From the IMG/VR virus record IMGVR_UViG_3300031414_000022, positions 1,020-65,019 of that record: 64,000 nt of DNA; one strand, given 5' to 3'. The translations under genes and the position numbers were made by a program. The stretch is from a virus. Taxonomy: Duplodnaviria > Caudoviricetes. Positions 1 through 10,458 of this stretch are shown piece after piece. The notes under the pieces were generated by a model. It saw only the letters and a program-made list of their open reading frames with translations, had not been told where the DNA came from and made no database searches. Position 1 is the first letter of the stretch. Each line of letters opens with the position of its first letter.

Positions 1-3
1 AAA

Positions 4-1377
4 GTGGGTACTGACACCAAGACTAACAGCCTGACGTTCAAAGTTGTTGGTCCTACTGACAGCGTTGTATCTGTTGCAATCATCGGTCCTGACTCTGTTA
101 CGGAGAACTCGACCTCAACTGATTACACAGTGCAGACCACAAGCGCCTCTGGTGCAGTTGCAACGTATCAGGCAACCAACCCAGTGTTCGTGCTGTCCTC
201 TGGTGGTGCTTATGCAACTCTGGTTAGCGGCAGTGTTCCGTACGCCAAGAAAATCAACGTTGCCAAAGACGCCCTGACTGCTGACCAGAATGCTGTGCTG
301 ACCACTCAGACACTGACTATCGACGGTAAGACTTACACTCCTACCAAGACTGTCAAACTGATCAACAGTGCAACAACGCCAACTGCAAGTCTTGTTGGTC
401 CAAATCAGGTTAATGCCGGACAGACAGGTCAATATGTACTGCGTCTTACTTTCCCTGATACTGGCGCTACCACTGATGTTGTTCCTGTTATCAGCTTCGG
501 CGGTACAGGCACTGACACAGACAAGATCTTCACGTACCCAGGTACTGACAAGATCACTGGTAACACTATTCAGGCAACCAAGAGCGCGACAATCAAAGGT
601 GTTGCAACGTACAATGGCCAGCAATACACCGCTACCATGAGCGTGACCAACAGCGTTACTCCTGTGACTGTTGACAGCCTTGTCCTCACTGGCCCTGACT
701 CAATCGTCGGCGGACAGAGTGGTCAGTATGTCGGTACTGCAACCCTCAGCGATGGCACTATCGTCGATGTTGGTACAAACGGTACGTGGACCCTGCAAGT
801 TATCAGTGGTTCAATCAACAACCCACTGATTGGCACCAACGGTCTGCTGCAAACTGGTAACACTACCGTTGCTGGTGTGATTCGTATTACACTGAGCTAC
901 ACGCGTAATGGCCTGACCAAGACTGCAACCAAAGACGTTAACGTTGCTGTTACTGGCGGCGGTACCACTGACCCAATCGGCGCACGCTTTGGTGTGAGCA
1001 CGAAGGTCACTAGTCAAGCAGGTTATACCAAGGCTTGGGCACAGGCTCTCGCAACCAAACTGACCACTACTGGTGAGCAGTTCGTTGAGTGTCCTGCTGG
1101 TCAGTCTACGTCGAGCAACAACAAGTTCTTCTACGTGATTTGGCCGAAAGCCCTGGGCTATGGCTACTTCCGTGATTACTCTGCTGGCTCGTACGGATTT
1201 GCTGGTAGTTGGGATGGCGCACAGGAGTACGACGACTTCAACTTCGTCGGTGCTGCTGAGGTGACCATCGATGGTAATCAGTACATCATCTATCGTAACG
1301 ACTTCCCGTTCGATAACACCTACTACAAATACAGCATCATCTACGGAAGTGCTGATCCGCTGTCAGGTAACCCGTAA
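4..1377 (+). CDS. Ig-like repeat virion structural protein (5'-truncated)
   Basis: Frame is open to the window edge. Thr/Gly/Val-rich beta repeats (GPDSV..., GPNQV.AGQ.GQY, GPDSIVGGQSGQY). C-terminal module resembles that of 45634..50163. Confidence 0.7.
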   Translation: MGTDTKTNSLTFKVVGPTDSVVSVAIIGPDSVTENSTSTDYTVQTTSASGAVATYQATNPVFVLSSGGAYATLVSGSVPYAKKINVAKDALTADQNAVLTTQTLTIDGKTYTPTKTVKLINSATTPTASLVGPNQVNAGQTGQYVLRLTFPDTGATTDVVPVISFGGTGTDTDKIFTYPGTDKITGNTIQATKSATIKGVATYNGQQYTATMSVTNSVTPVTVDSLVLTGPDSIVGGQSGQYVGTATLSDGTIVDVGTNGTWTLQVISGSINNPLIGTNGLLQTGNTTVAGVIRITLSYTRNGLTKTATKDVNVAVTGGGTTDPIGARFGVSTKVTSQAGYTKAWAQALATKLTTTGEQFVECPAGQSTSSNNKFFYVIWPKALGYGYFRDYSAGSYGFAGSWDGAQEYDDFNFVGAAEVTIDGNQYIIYRNDFPFDNTYYKYSIIYGSADPLSGNP

Positions 1378-1389
1378 TAGGAGAAAGCA

Positions 1390-2160
1390 ATGCCGGTAAC
1401 TATGAACTCGTTTCTAACGCCGGTATCTGCTGCACTGCCATTTCTCCTCGAGGATAAGTATCTTCGAGGAGGGATGCGCTGCTATTCCACTTTGGCTGAA
1501 CGTGATGCGATTGCTGCCGGTACCAAGAAAGCAGGTATGTTGGTGTATACCTCTGAGGACGGGCAGATCTATCAACTTCAAGAAGACAAGACAACGTGGA
1601 AGAAAGCTAACCTGGGCGGCAAGAACTACAAGTTCCAAAGCCCCCTTGTCAGTGCAGAAGACGCCGATGGCAATATCATTGTTGCCCTCAACAGCAACAA
1701 CTCTATTCCTGACAGTCCCGGCGCAGGCTATACCTTGGTCAGTGGACCAAACAATACCTATGTGTGGCTTGACCTCACAGGTAACGCTGCCAAAGGTACG
1801 CGTCTGACTAAAGAGTATGAACTCCAAGACTTCATCATTCCTGGCGCCCAGTTTGATTTCGAATTGGAAATGGCCAAGACGTGTATGCTGATTGAAGTTA
1901 CACTCAATGCGTTTGACATTGAGCTGACCTGCCATACTTCCAACGACAGAAACGACGTAAATCCTTATTTATTCCGCTCCTCAGCTAATTTCTTAACTGA
2001 TGAAGGCGTTAGAGAAGAGGATGGTCAGTTCGTTAAGGGTAGACGCTTCTCGTTTATCTCAAACACGGACGCTGCTAACTTGCAGTTCTGGCGTTTCAAG
2101 AACATTGGCACTGCGCCAGCTAAACCGAAACTCACAGTAACCTATCTGGTAATGGAGTGA
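1390..2160 (+). CDS. virion structural/fibre-associated protein
   Basis: RBS AGGAG upstream. RGG...TLAERDAI...KAGMLVY motif is typical of phage fibre/collar N-termini. Confidence 0.55.
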   Translation: MPVTMNSFLTPVSAALPFLLEDKYLRGGMRCYSTLAERDAIAAGTKKAGMLVYTSEDGQIYQLQEDKTTWKKANLGGKNYKFQSPLVSAEDADGNIIVALNSNNSIPDSPGAGYTLVSGPNNTYVWLDLTGNAAKGTRLTKEYELQDFIIPGAQFDFELEMAKTCMLIEVTLNAFDIELTCHTSNDRNDVNPYLFRSSANFLTDEGVREEDGQFVKGRRFSFISNTDAANLQFWRFKNIGTAPAKPKLTVTYLVME

Positions 2161-2163
2161 TAC

Positions 2164-3138
2164 ATGCAATATCAAACAGGACGTAGTATCGTCGGACCGG
2201 AAGCATTGGTTCGAGATCTCGTCGGTAAAATGAAATCTGCCGGCTTTACCATCATCGGTGTTGACGGTACTGCGGGTGACACTGTTGGTACAATCGGTAA
2301 GGCGTATGCCCTGCAAGCGACCACCGCCGTTGACACGCAAGCTGACACTCAGCCTTGGGTTGTGCTGATCAGTGCCTCAAACACTGACAAGTACATTGAC
2401 GTTAGCGTGCTGCCTAAGTTGCAGATGAGCACCCAGTTCACTGCACTGGCACGCAACGCAACTACCACAATCGGCCGCCTGTCAAAAGACGGTCTGACTG
2501 CAAGCCACTTTGCTGATCTGGTTCTGGATTGGAAGATGGACGCAGCGGCTGACTTGGGTGCTTACCCACTGTCATACGATTTGGTTACCACTGACCATGG
2601 CTTTGCTCTCCAGATCAACGCAGAAGGTTACGACAACACCGGTACCGCGTATTCGTGGACTGTTGTGCAGCGTGGCCTGACTGACGGTGAAGCGAAAGCT
2701 GGACAGAAGAGTCCACTGTTTGCAATCTACAGTGTTGGTGGCGGTCAGAACGGTGACCCTGATACCGTTGTTGCTACTTCAATTCAACGCTTTACCGTTA
2801 TTGAAGCTGGCATCAACTCAGCTACCAAATCAATCAGTGCCTCACAGGCAAGCGCCGACGCCAGCCCGATTATCAACCCTATGCAGCAAGTAATGCTGGC
2901 AGAAGGTAACACGGCTGTTGTTCTGTTCCCGCGACTGATCAACACTCAGCGTTATGTGTACTTTGTGACACTGGACCTGCTGGGCTATACCTCGGCAGAC
3001 GTTATCTCTGCTGGCAGTCAGGTTGATCTCACGCCAACTGCGGGCAACAAAGTTACCTATCGTGGCATGAACGCGAACGGCAAAGACAACCGTGGTATGC
3101 GTCTTATGTTCCCTGTCGCCATCCCAGCTTCTGCGTAA
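2164..3138 (+). CDS. virion structural protein (whisker/hair-like family), paralogue of 3151..4341
   Basis: Shares motifs with the next ORF (PW, VVQR, PLF..YSV.GGG, SIQRFTV.E, INP.QQV, NTQRY, GY.SADVIS.G, NxGMRL). Strong codon bias. Confidence 0.6.
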   Translation: MQYQTGRSIVGPEALVRDLVGKMKSAGFTIIGVDGTAGDTVGTIGKAYALQATTAVDTQADTQPWVVLISASNTDKYIDVSVLPKLQMSTQFTALARNATTTIGRLSKDGLTASHFADLVLDWKMDAAADLGAYPLSYDLVTTDHGFALQINAEGYDNTGTAYSWTVVQRGLTDGEAKAGQKSPLFAIYSVGGGQNGDPDTVVATSIQRFTVIEAGINSATKSISASQASADASPIINPMQQVMLAEGNTAVVLFPRLINTQRYVYFVTLDLLGYTSADVISAGSQVDLTPTAGNKVTYRGMNANGKDNRGMRLMFPVAIPASA

Positions 3139-3150
3139 TAAGGAAACAAC

Positions 3151-4341
3151 ATGTTTATCGAAAAAACTGGCTTTACAGACAACCAAGCAATGTGGAAATC
3201 AATCCTCAGCGATTTGGTTGCTAACGGCTTTGACCTGATCAGCGCAAACGGCGCACTGGCGACAACTGTTCCAAGCACCAAGCTGGACAACTTTGTTGTT
3301 AAACCAAAGAACACTGTTGACCCACTGATTGCTGACCAGCCGTGGCGCATCGCAGTTAAATGTTTCCCACTGTCTACTCGCATGTACGCTGGTGCACCTG
3401 AGCAGATTAGCGATCTGGGCGTGTTGGCTAAAGTGGGTCAGGTTCCATTCAATACTTCTTCTCTCAAGCCGAACTATGCAGGCGCAATCGGCAGTCGTAT
3501 GATGAACCTGAACCAATCCGTTTCAACTGACGGTGACAACAATGACAGCAACGAAGTCTGCTTCTGGCATCGCGGTATTGACAGCCAGACTGGTGTGAAT
3601 AACACTACCTATGCTGGTACCATGAGCTTTTCATCCAACACTGCCGTTGGTGGTACTGTTGACCAAACAAACGGTGACAGCCTGATTCGCAGTGATGCGG
3701 CAGCAACGCCAATGACCTATAGTCTGGCTATCTCTGATCACGGTATCGCTCTCCAGATTCGTGTTGAAGGTCAAGATGATGCTGGCTGCCGTCAGGCGTG
3801 GGTTGTTATCCAGCGTGCAATCAACAGCGATGGTACTGTGGTTAAAACCGGTAAAGCACCTCTGTTCTGTATGTTCAGCGTTAATGGTGGCGGTAGCCCA
3901 ACCAACGATCGTCCGTTGAACATTGCTGCAAGCACTCTTACAGGCCTGAACACCAATCTGGCGTACAGCATTCAGCGCTTTACCGTGCGTGAATCTGACG
4001 TTAACGCACCAACTCAGCCAGTAAACGCTGCGGTACACAGTGCTGATGCGACTGCGGTTATCAATCCACTCCAGCAGGTTGCTTTCTCTGAGAACAACCA
4101 GTTCGACTTCCGCCTGCCGCAGGGATTCAACACCCAGCGTTATTCATATCCGTACGAAATGGATATGGTGGGTTACGCAAGTGCTGACGTTATCTCTAAC
4201 GGCACCACTATCGAAACTCAGGTGTACGGCGAGACTGATGGCGATGAGCCTAAGCTGCGTAAGTACAAGGCACTGAGTGCCAACAGTCCTAAGAACACCG
4301 GTATGCGTCTGTTCATTCTGACCGAAGGCGGTGGCGTATAA
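3151..4341 (+). CDS. virion structural protein (whisker/hair-like family), paralogue of 2164..3138
   Basis: RBS AAGGA; shared motifs with the preceding ORF; followed by a terminator. Confidence 0.6.
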   Translation: MFIEKTGFTDNQAMWKSILSDLVANGFDLISANGALATTVPSTKLDNFVVKPKNTVDPLIADQPWRIAVKCFPLSTRMYAGAPEQISDLGVLAKVGQVPFNTSSLKPNYAGAIGSRMMNLNQSVSTDGDNNDSNEVCFWHRGIDSQTGVNNTTYAGTMSFSSNTAVGGTVDQTNGDSLIRSDAAATPMTYSLAISDHGIALQIRVEGQDDAGCRQAWVVIQRAINSDGTVVKTGKAPLFCMFSVNGGGSPTNDRPLNIAASTLTGLNTNLAYSIQRFTVRESDVNAPTQPVNAAVHSADATAVINPLQQVAFSENNQFDFRLPQGFNTQRYSYPYEMDMVGYASADVISNGTTIETQVYGETDGDEPKLRKYKALSANSPKNTGMRLFILTEGGGV

Positions 4342-4347
4342 TTCACT

Positions 4348-4370
4348 GGGGAGCCTTCGGGTTCCCCTTT
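4348..4370 (+). terminator. intrinsic terminator
   Basis: GGGGAGCC-TTCG-GGTTCCCC hairpin (cUUCGg loop) followed by TTT. Confidence 0.75.
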
Positions 4371-4396
4371 GTCGTTTTACTGCCGCGAGGTGACAA

Positions 4397-7300
4397 ATGT
4401 CTAATCAGATTCAAACAATCATTGCAGCCACAGCCGCACAGTGGTCTGCCAGCATTGTTCCAGACACGGCTACAGGAGATCTTGTATTTCACGTAGTCGG
4501 CGGTACGTTTTCTGATGGCAACACCCAAAAGACCGTTAGCCCTGTCGATGGTAAGTACAATCTCTCGCTCACAGGACAGCCACCAGCCGACGTAGGCACA
4601 ACACAGATTGTGAGTGTGTACTACGAGTTTGATGGCAGTTGGCAGATCTCTCAACAGGCATCGCGTGTTATCGTCTTGCCTCAACAGCGTGAGATTGACT
4701 TCCGTATTCAACGCAGTGGCTTTGGTGTGCTGCCTAAAGGCGCAACACTGGACTCAACGTATGCTGGCCTTGCTCTTGTCGGTGAAGCTAAAACACCTTC
4801 AGGAGACAGCTTCCGTACAGCATATCAGGCTGGCAACATTCGTCGCTTGAGCCAAATCCCAAGTGGCCTGTTCAATACAGCCAAGAGTCCGTTCATTGCT
4901 CATGACCGCGCAAACGGCATTGTGTATTTCCTGAATGCTGCAACTACCCTGTCTGCCATCACTGTGGGTTCAACACTCACAGACCCTGATGACGACAAGA
5001 TCATTCAGGTGTTTGAACGACTCAATGGTACAGCACGCGAATTCACGGTGTTCTATCAGTCTGGCCTTGTAGAAGTCTATGACCGTGGAATGAACTTCCT
5101 CTCACAGGCTGATACTGGCGTTAAGCAAACTCAGCGTGTTGTGTACAGACGCAAGAACGTTGGAGCTAACGGCACGGCTGATACTTACGTTGTGCTTGAT
5201 GCTCAGGGCCGTGCGCATTATCTGAATGCTGCATACTCAGAAACGTCCATGCTCAACGACCGATTCTACACGGATGCAAGTGACAGCTACAACGTCCTGT
5301 GTACTCGTAGTGGTCAACTCGTTGGTACCAGCACCAGCAACGCTCCTCCGGGATATGCGTTCTATCAGTTCGTGCCTGCGTCGTTGATTGCAGTCGGTGT
5401 CAATGTTGCAACAGGTACGGTGTGCCAGTTCAACATTCGAGACAATGCCCTGTATGCGCCTTCTCGTACTTTGGTTCAAGACAACTGTGTTGCTTATAAC
5501 GCAGCGGCAGACTGGACTCCTAACGGTACTGGCTTTGTTGGCGGTCTGGACACTGTTGGTAGCAATGACCTTTTCCGGTTTGCTGACAGCACAGCTCCCC
5601 AAAACGTTAATGCTGGCTTTTCTTATCTTAACCTCTACGGAGAGCCGTACACTGATTCAACCGCTCGACGTTTCTATGCTGTTGCACGACCTGCGTCTGG
5701 ACTTGCTCACCTGAATGTGCGCGACTACACGGCTGTTATTCCTCAGTACGACCAAGCTGGTGGCACAAACGTCAAGTTTACTCTGACTGTTGCTACTGCT
5801 GATCACGACATGCCTCTGGAAGTTCGATTCCCTGATGGCGTTACGTGGACTGCTAAGGTTAATGGTCAAGCTGTTAAGTATGTGCAGAACGGTGATGTGG
5901 TTAGCTTTGAAGCAAGCCATCCGACAATCACTCAACACAGCTTTGCGTTTACCATTGGACGTTCAACAGGTCTTTTCGAACTCCAGCCTGACACCCTGCC
6001 TGATGCATTCCACTTTGAAAGCAAGAGTGGCATTGAAGAAGGTGAGGTGTATTCAACAGAAGAAATCACGATTACAGGTATCAACACTAAGGTACCAGTG
6101 ACCGTGACCGTTAATGGGCAACCAGCAACGGACAACGTGCAGATCTTTATCGATGGCGTAGAGGCCAAGGAACCATTCTTGATTGCCAACAACGGCAAAC
6201 TGCGACTTGAGGTTCTGCATGAAGGTGATACTAGCCGTGTTTCTGTTACCGTTGGTTCCGGGCGTAGTGAGTTTGGTCTTTATACTGTTCCTGAACCAAT
6301 TCTCAATACGATCCGAAACTGGGCCTATCAGGCAACAGGAGTGGAAGTTGTTAGTGACGCAATCACAAACCCCGGACCTCAGCGAGTTATCCTTACGCTG
6401 ACGGACGATACAACTGCCCTGTTCTCTACTGGTCTGAAACAGGTAACGTTAAACGCAGGACAGTCTGCTACAATCAAGTTCACTCCCGATGAGAACAAAC
6501 AGTATCACGTTGTTTTCAACACGGAGCAGAACACGTATGATTGGCAGGTGTGGGCTGATGATCATTGGTTGGACCCGCAGCCTGCTACCCAACGTGCTGA
6601 ACGGTATGTGTTGGGTGATAGTGGTGACATTCACTTTGATGCCATTCCACCAAACTTCTACACGCATATCCGTGTGCCCGCTGGCATCCTGTTGCAAGTA
6701 GACGGCAAGTACGTTGACCTACCGCTTGATGTTCGTGGCGTGTACAAGGTGCAGACTGAGATTAGAAACCTCGCCTGCACCAGTGTGTTGCGTATGGAAG
6801 GTCTGCCTAGTCACGATCAACCACACACGATTCGTCTTGGTGATGCACGCCTCGAATGGCTGTATGACTTTACCACAGACCCACAGTACATCGTGGCGCA
6901 AGATGGCATTGTTAAATTCAGCACCAAGCTGAATGCTGTCGCGGAGTCTGTGACAAGTCCTGTGCCTGCCAAGTATCGTGCGGATCGTGGCATTGTCGTG
7001 ACAACCACAGACCAGCAATACACAGACGTTCCAACCGTGTCGGACACAGCCTTGTTCAGTCGTGCATTTACCTCAGTGGTTGATCGTGCTGCTGCCTCAA
7101 TGACTGGCCGTGCATTCTCCGCTGTGCAAGATGCTGCGATGGCTGCCATGCCTAGTCGTATGTTTGATGCAGTGACGGACGCCCAGCAAGCCAGTTGGTC
7201 AAATCGTTTTGTGTACCGTGAAGACGCCTTAACTGAGTCTGAGTTTGCTCAACAATTTGGCGTTGTTGAGAGCGAGTCTGCTGTTACTGCCTCAATGTAT

Positions 7301-8485
7301 GAGTTCACGTCTGCACTTGACCTGACGCGCTCGGAGTTTGCACAGGCAACAGCTCGTCACGTATTCTGGAACAAGTCAGCACCAACGCCTCAGGCTGTTG
7401 TTGTTTACCGCCGTCCAGGAACCTTGACTAAAGTGGACAGCGCCAAGCGTGCTCGATACGTTACTGAGACTGTTGCAGGCCGCATCGATAACGGAAGTCG
7501 CGTACACTGGTTAGCTGTTCATGCTGCCTATCAGTTACCAAACGACGTCCGTGTGCGTCACGTCAAGAACGAGGTCAACTGGACTGATACAGCTCTGCCA
7601 AACGTTGTTCTGCCTGTGGCTCGTATCGATGTTGCTGCCCTTGTGCCCAAGACACAACCTGAGTTGGTGCATCGCATCGACTTCCAGCCTGCTGTGTGGA
7701 CAGCCGGTCAGCCTGTGTATCATCATGACAACCATGAGCCACGTTGGACTCACACTCCACGTATCACGTTCCGTTATGATATGTATGTGGGTATTGTGTC
7801 TAAGCCTAAGACCTATCATGTGTCAACGACAAGCAAAGCTATTGGCAGCACGCGTAGCTACAAGCTGGACTACAAACCTCAGCATGTGTTTGATCGTGTT
7901 CACAGGCAGGACAAAGCAGACGTTCAGTATGCACCACCAGCCAAGACAATGTACCAAGCAGTGTCTGAGGCCCAATACGCACCACCAGCCGTTGTCTATC
8001 CACAAGCAACAAGTGTAGGACAGCATCAACCGAACGATGTGCGTGCCAGTATCATGATGGAAAGCCGTATGATTCCTCAGGCTACTGTGCCGCAGATTGA
8101 CGGTGCTGGTGGGCGTCAGGTGCAGTCACCTCGCGTTAACGAAGTCACGCCACAACAACCTCAACGCGTTAGCAATAACGTGATTGCAGTTGTTCAGCCT
8201 CGTGCTCAGCGTGTTGTAGTCAAAACTATCGGTGTGCCTCGTCCTGTGCTTGAGGTGCCTGATATGAAGATTGATTACGGTGAGCAGGACCCGATCAAGC
8301 AAGGTTACTTTGCTACCGAGCTTGATGCATTGAAGAATGCTACCGAGGTCTGGCATCATGACCCAACGGCTGTGTACGGCATCAAACAACCAAACGGATA
8401 TTGGACGTGGGCTGTAGTTGTTACCTGCGAAAATGTCTGTGGTTCTTACGGCTGCGACACCCGAGGCTATCTCAGCGGGGGGTAA
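4397..8485 (+). CDS. large virion structural/fibre protein (1362 aa)
   Basis: Long ORF with beta-rich N-half, internal short repeats and a Cys-rich C-terminus; structural gene neighbourhood. Confidence 0.55.
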   Translation: MSNQIQTIIAATAAQWSASIVPDTATGDLVFHVVGGTFSDGNTQKTVSPVDGKYNLSLTGQPPADVGTTQIVSVYYEFDGSWQISQQASRVIVLPQQREIDFRIQRSGFGVLPKGATLDSTYAGLALVGEAKTPSGDSFRTAYQAGNIRRLSQIPSGLFNTAKSPFIAHDRANGIVYFLNAATTLSAITVGSTLTDPDDDKIIQVFERLNGTAREFTVFYQSGLVEVYDRGMNFLSQADTGVKQTQRVVYRRKNVGANGTADTYVVLDAQGRAHYLNAAYSETSMLNDRFYTDASDSYNVLCTRSGQLVGTSTSNAPPGYAFYQFVPASLIAVGVNVATGTVCQFNIRDNALYAPSRTLVQDNCVAYNAAADWTPNGTGFVGGLDTVGSNDLFRFADSTAPQNVNAGFSYLNLYGEPYTDSTARRFYAVARPASGLAHLNVRDYTAVIPQYDQAGGTNVKFTLTVATADHDMPLEVRFPDGVTWTAKVNGQAVKYVQNGDVVSFEASHPTITQHSFAFTIGRSTGLFELQPDTLPDAFHFESKSGIEEGEVYSTEEITITGINTKVPVTVTVNGQPATDNVQIFIDGVEAKEPFLIANNGKLRLEVLHEGDTSRVSVTVGSGRSEFGLYTVPEPILNTIRNWAYQATGVEVVSDAITNPGPQRVILTLTDDTTALFSTGLKQVTLNAGQSATIKFTPDENKQYHVVFNTEQNTYDWQVWADDHWLDPQPATQRAERYVLGDSGDIHFDAIPPNFYTHIRVPAGILLQVDGKYVDLPLDVRGVYKVQTEIRNLACTSVLRMEGLPSHDQPHTIRLGDARLEWLYDFTTDPQYIVAQDGIVKFSTKLNAVAESVTSPVPAKYRADRGIVVTTTDQQYTDVPTVSDTALFSRAFTSVVDRAAASMTGRAFSAVQDAAMAAMPSRMFDAVTDAQQASWSNRFVYREDALTESEFAQQFGVVESESAVTASMYEFTSALDLTRSEFAQATARHVFWNKSAPTPQAVVVYRRPGTLTKVDSAKRARYVTETVAGRIDNGSRVHWLAVHAAYQLPNDVRVRHVKNEVNWTDTALPNVVLPVARIDVAALVPKTQPELVHRIDFQPAVWTAGQPVYHHDNHEPRWTHTPRITFRYDMYVGIVSKPKTYHVSTTSKAIGSTRSYKLDYKPQHVFDRVHRQDKADVQYAPPAKTMYQAVSEAQYAPPAVVYPQATSVGQHQPNDVRASIMMESRMIPQATVPQIDGAGGRQVQSPRVNEVTPQQPQRVSNNVIAVVQPRAQRVVVKTIGVPRPVLEVPDMKIDYGEQDPIKQGYFATELDALKNATEVWHHDPTAVYGIKQPNGYWTWAVVVTCENVCGSYGCDTRGYLSGG

Positions 8486-8498
8486 TATCCCCGCTTTT
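8474..8498 (+). terminator. intrinsic terminator overlapping stop codon
   Basis: AGCGGGG...CCCCGCT stem followed by TTT. Confidence 0.6.
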
Positions 8499-8507
8499 CC
8501 TCAGGAC

Positions 8508-8522
8508 GCTAATTTTCAGTAA
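8508..8522 (+). promoter_or_regulatory. recurring (GC)TAATTT motif, putative phage promoter
   Basis: GCTAATTTTCAGTAA directly after a terminator and 38 nt before an ATG; recurs at 23402, 36824, 43326, 50213, 63295. Confidence 0.55.
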
Positions 8523-8545
8523 CCGCAACCAACAGAGAATAATAC

Positions 8546-10420
8546 ATGCACTCGTTATCTGCTACCTACGATGACGCCGTGAACAAATATGCTTGGTATA
8601 CTTTTGATGGCCCACGTGGACGTGAAGTAACTCAGCGTAGTCACAAGCGTATGATCAAAAATGGTGATGTGTTCGGCCTGATTGCCAGTCGTACAGGCAG
8701 TCGATTCACTTTGATTTTCCCTGATATGCCCCACATCGATTTCCCTATCGACAAAGCGGCAGCCAATTTCTTTATTGATCGCAGCAAGAAAATGCGGTCA
8801 GCTCCAAACGTTGTAAAGCGTGAAGGTCGAACCAAGTCTGCTGGTGCTGTGACTATGGAACGTCAACTGGCCCGTCGTCAGATTGATAACCCACGCTTTG
8901 CTCCACGTAAAACACCTGTCGAGTCTGCACACGGTATCGACTTCTCAAACTACCAGTGGCGCATCATTGAGCAGCCTAACTACAAGATCAAGCACTCGAA
9001 AGGCATTGACCAGTTCATTCAAAACGATGTGATTGGTGTGCGTTTCCTGCGTGAGTCTAAAGGCGGTATCATCATCAATCAGGATGGCATGTATCTCAAA
9101 GTGCCTACTGAGGAATATGATCGCGTTGTAGCTGACAGCAAGGTGCTTGCTTTCCCCGACTGGCCTACAGGCACGCTTACTGCCGAAGAGGTGCTGTCGT
9201 ATAGGAAGCAGTTGCGCCGTCTGAAACAAACCACTGCCGTTGAAAAGGCTGCTGCTGCGCGTCTGGCTCAGCGTGCTGATCGTATTGCCGTACAGCTTGA
9301 GCAGCGAGAGGTTCGCCGTCAACAGCGCCAAGCAACATCGGCCGAGGAAAAACGCATGGCTGAACTACGCGCCAAAGTACGCAATGGTGAAATGGAAGCA
9401 CCTGGTCCCAAGCCTGTTGAAGACCTTCACCCTGTGTTCAAGGCAGAGATTCGTCGTGGTGTTCGTCGCGTGTTGCGTGAAGAACGTATGCTGGATGACG
9501 AAGAACTGGACCTCAATGAAATCCTGCGCAACGATATGACGCATGAAGAAGATGCCATGTCTGATGTGCTGGTTACCAACCCGTTCGGCGCTGACAGCAT
9601 GGGCATCGAAGACAGCATTGCCAAACTGTTTGGCCGTGACGATGATGTGGATGATTCTGTTGATGACGACGGTGCGTTTGACCTAAGCGCTATTGACGAG
9701 CCTGAGGACGATGAGGAAGAACCTCAGCCCAAGGCTAAAGTGCGCAAGAAAGGCACGCCTCCCGTTGCTGCTGCACCTGATGCAACCGAAGACGATGATG
9801 ACAATCCCGATGACCAAGAAGATGACGAGGACAATCAGGATGATGAATCTGATACTGAGGAAGACGATGCGGACGCAGACGCAGAGGACGAGGCAGACGT
9901 TGAGGCTGATGAAGATCAGGACGATGAGTCCACAGATGATTCAGATGCAGACGAGACAGACGAAGAGGATGAGGACGTTGATGACAGTGACGCCGACGCT
10001 TCCGCTGCCGTTGATGAATCTGATGACGAAGACGCCGATCCAGATGTAGCGGCTGCTGACGACGAAGCATCCAAAACTCCTCAGGACTATGCTAAACAGA
10101 ACTCCAATCCTGTGGGCAGCAAGGCGCGTGAAGCAGAAGAGGGCGACATTGTCCGCTTCAACGCTGATGCCAAGCTGAAACGTGATTGGGTTGTGCTGCG
10201 TGTGTCTACTCACAACTCGTCTGACAACATTGTGATCTATACGGTGTTTGATATCACCAACAGTCCTGACGAAGTTCGACAAGTCCGTGTCAACCGTGCG
10301 CGTAAGCAGAACCTGTTCGATTACTGCACCCACGTCAAGGACATGACGCCGAAGCTGTTCAATCGCGTCTATGACATGGCGGAAGATTACCCTGTCAACA
10401 AAGAGCCGATTGCATCCTAA
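8546..10420 (+). CDS. multi-domain protein with long Asp/Glu-rich tract (putative internal head protein)
   Basis: Two copies of a small beta domain, a basic coiled coil, then a >100-aa D/E tract. N-terminus MHSLSA. Confidence 0.55.
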   Translation: MHSLSATYDDAVNKYAWYTFDGPRGREVTQRSHKRMIKNGDVFGLIASRTGSRFTLIFPDMPHIDFPIDKAAANFFIDRSKKMRSAPNVVKREGRTKSAGAVTMERQLARRQIDNPRFAPRKTPVESAHGIDFSNYQWRIIEQPNYKIKHSKGIDQFIQNDVIGVRFLRESKGGIIINQDGMYLKVPTEEYDRVVADSKVLAFPDWPTGTLTAEEVLSYRKQLRRLKQTTAVEKAAAARLAQRADRIAVQLEQREVRRQQRQATSAEEKRMAELRAKVRNGEMEAPGPKPVEDLHPVFKAEIRRGVRRVLREERMLDDEELDLNEILRNDMTHEEDAMSDVLVTNPFGADSMGIEDSIAKLFGRDDDVDDSVDDDGAFDLSAIDEPEDDEEEPQPKAKVRKKGTPPVAAAPDATEDDDDNPDDQEDDEDNQDDESDTEEDDADADAEDEADVEADEDQDDESTDDSDADETDEEDEDVDDSDADASAAVDESDDEDADPDVAAADDEASKTPQDYAKQNSNPVGSKAREAEEGDIVRFNADAKLKRDWVVLRVSTHNSSDNIVIYTVFDITNSPDEVRQVRVNRARKQNLFDYCTHVKDMTPKLFNRVYDMAEDYPVNKEPIAS

Positions 10421-10422
10421 TG

Positions 10423-10431
10423 CTGTAAATA
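10423..10431 (+). promoter_or_regulatory. CTGTAAAT(A) motif, putative phage promoter
   Basis: Intergenic, upstream of the ligase; same motif at 41241 and 42980. Confidence 0.4.
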
Positions 10432-10458
10432 GTGATGTTGAGCATTATGGAGAATATC

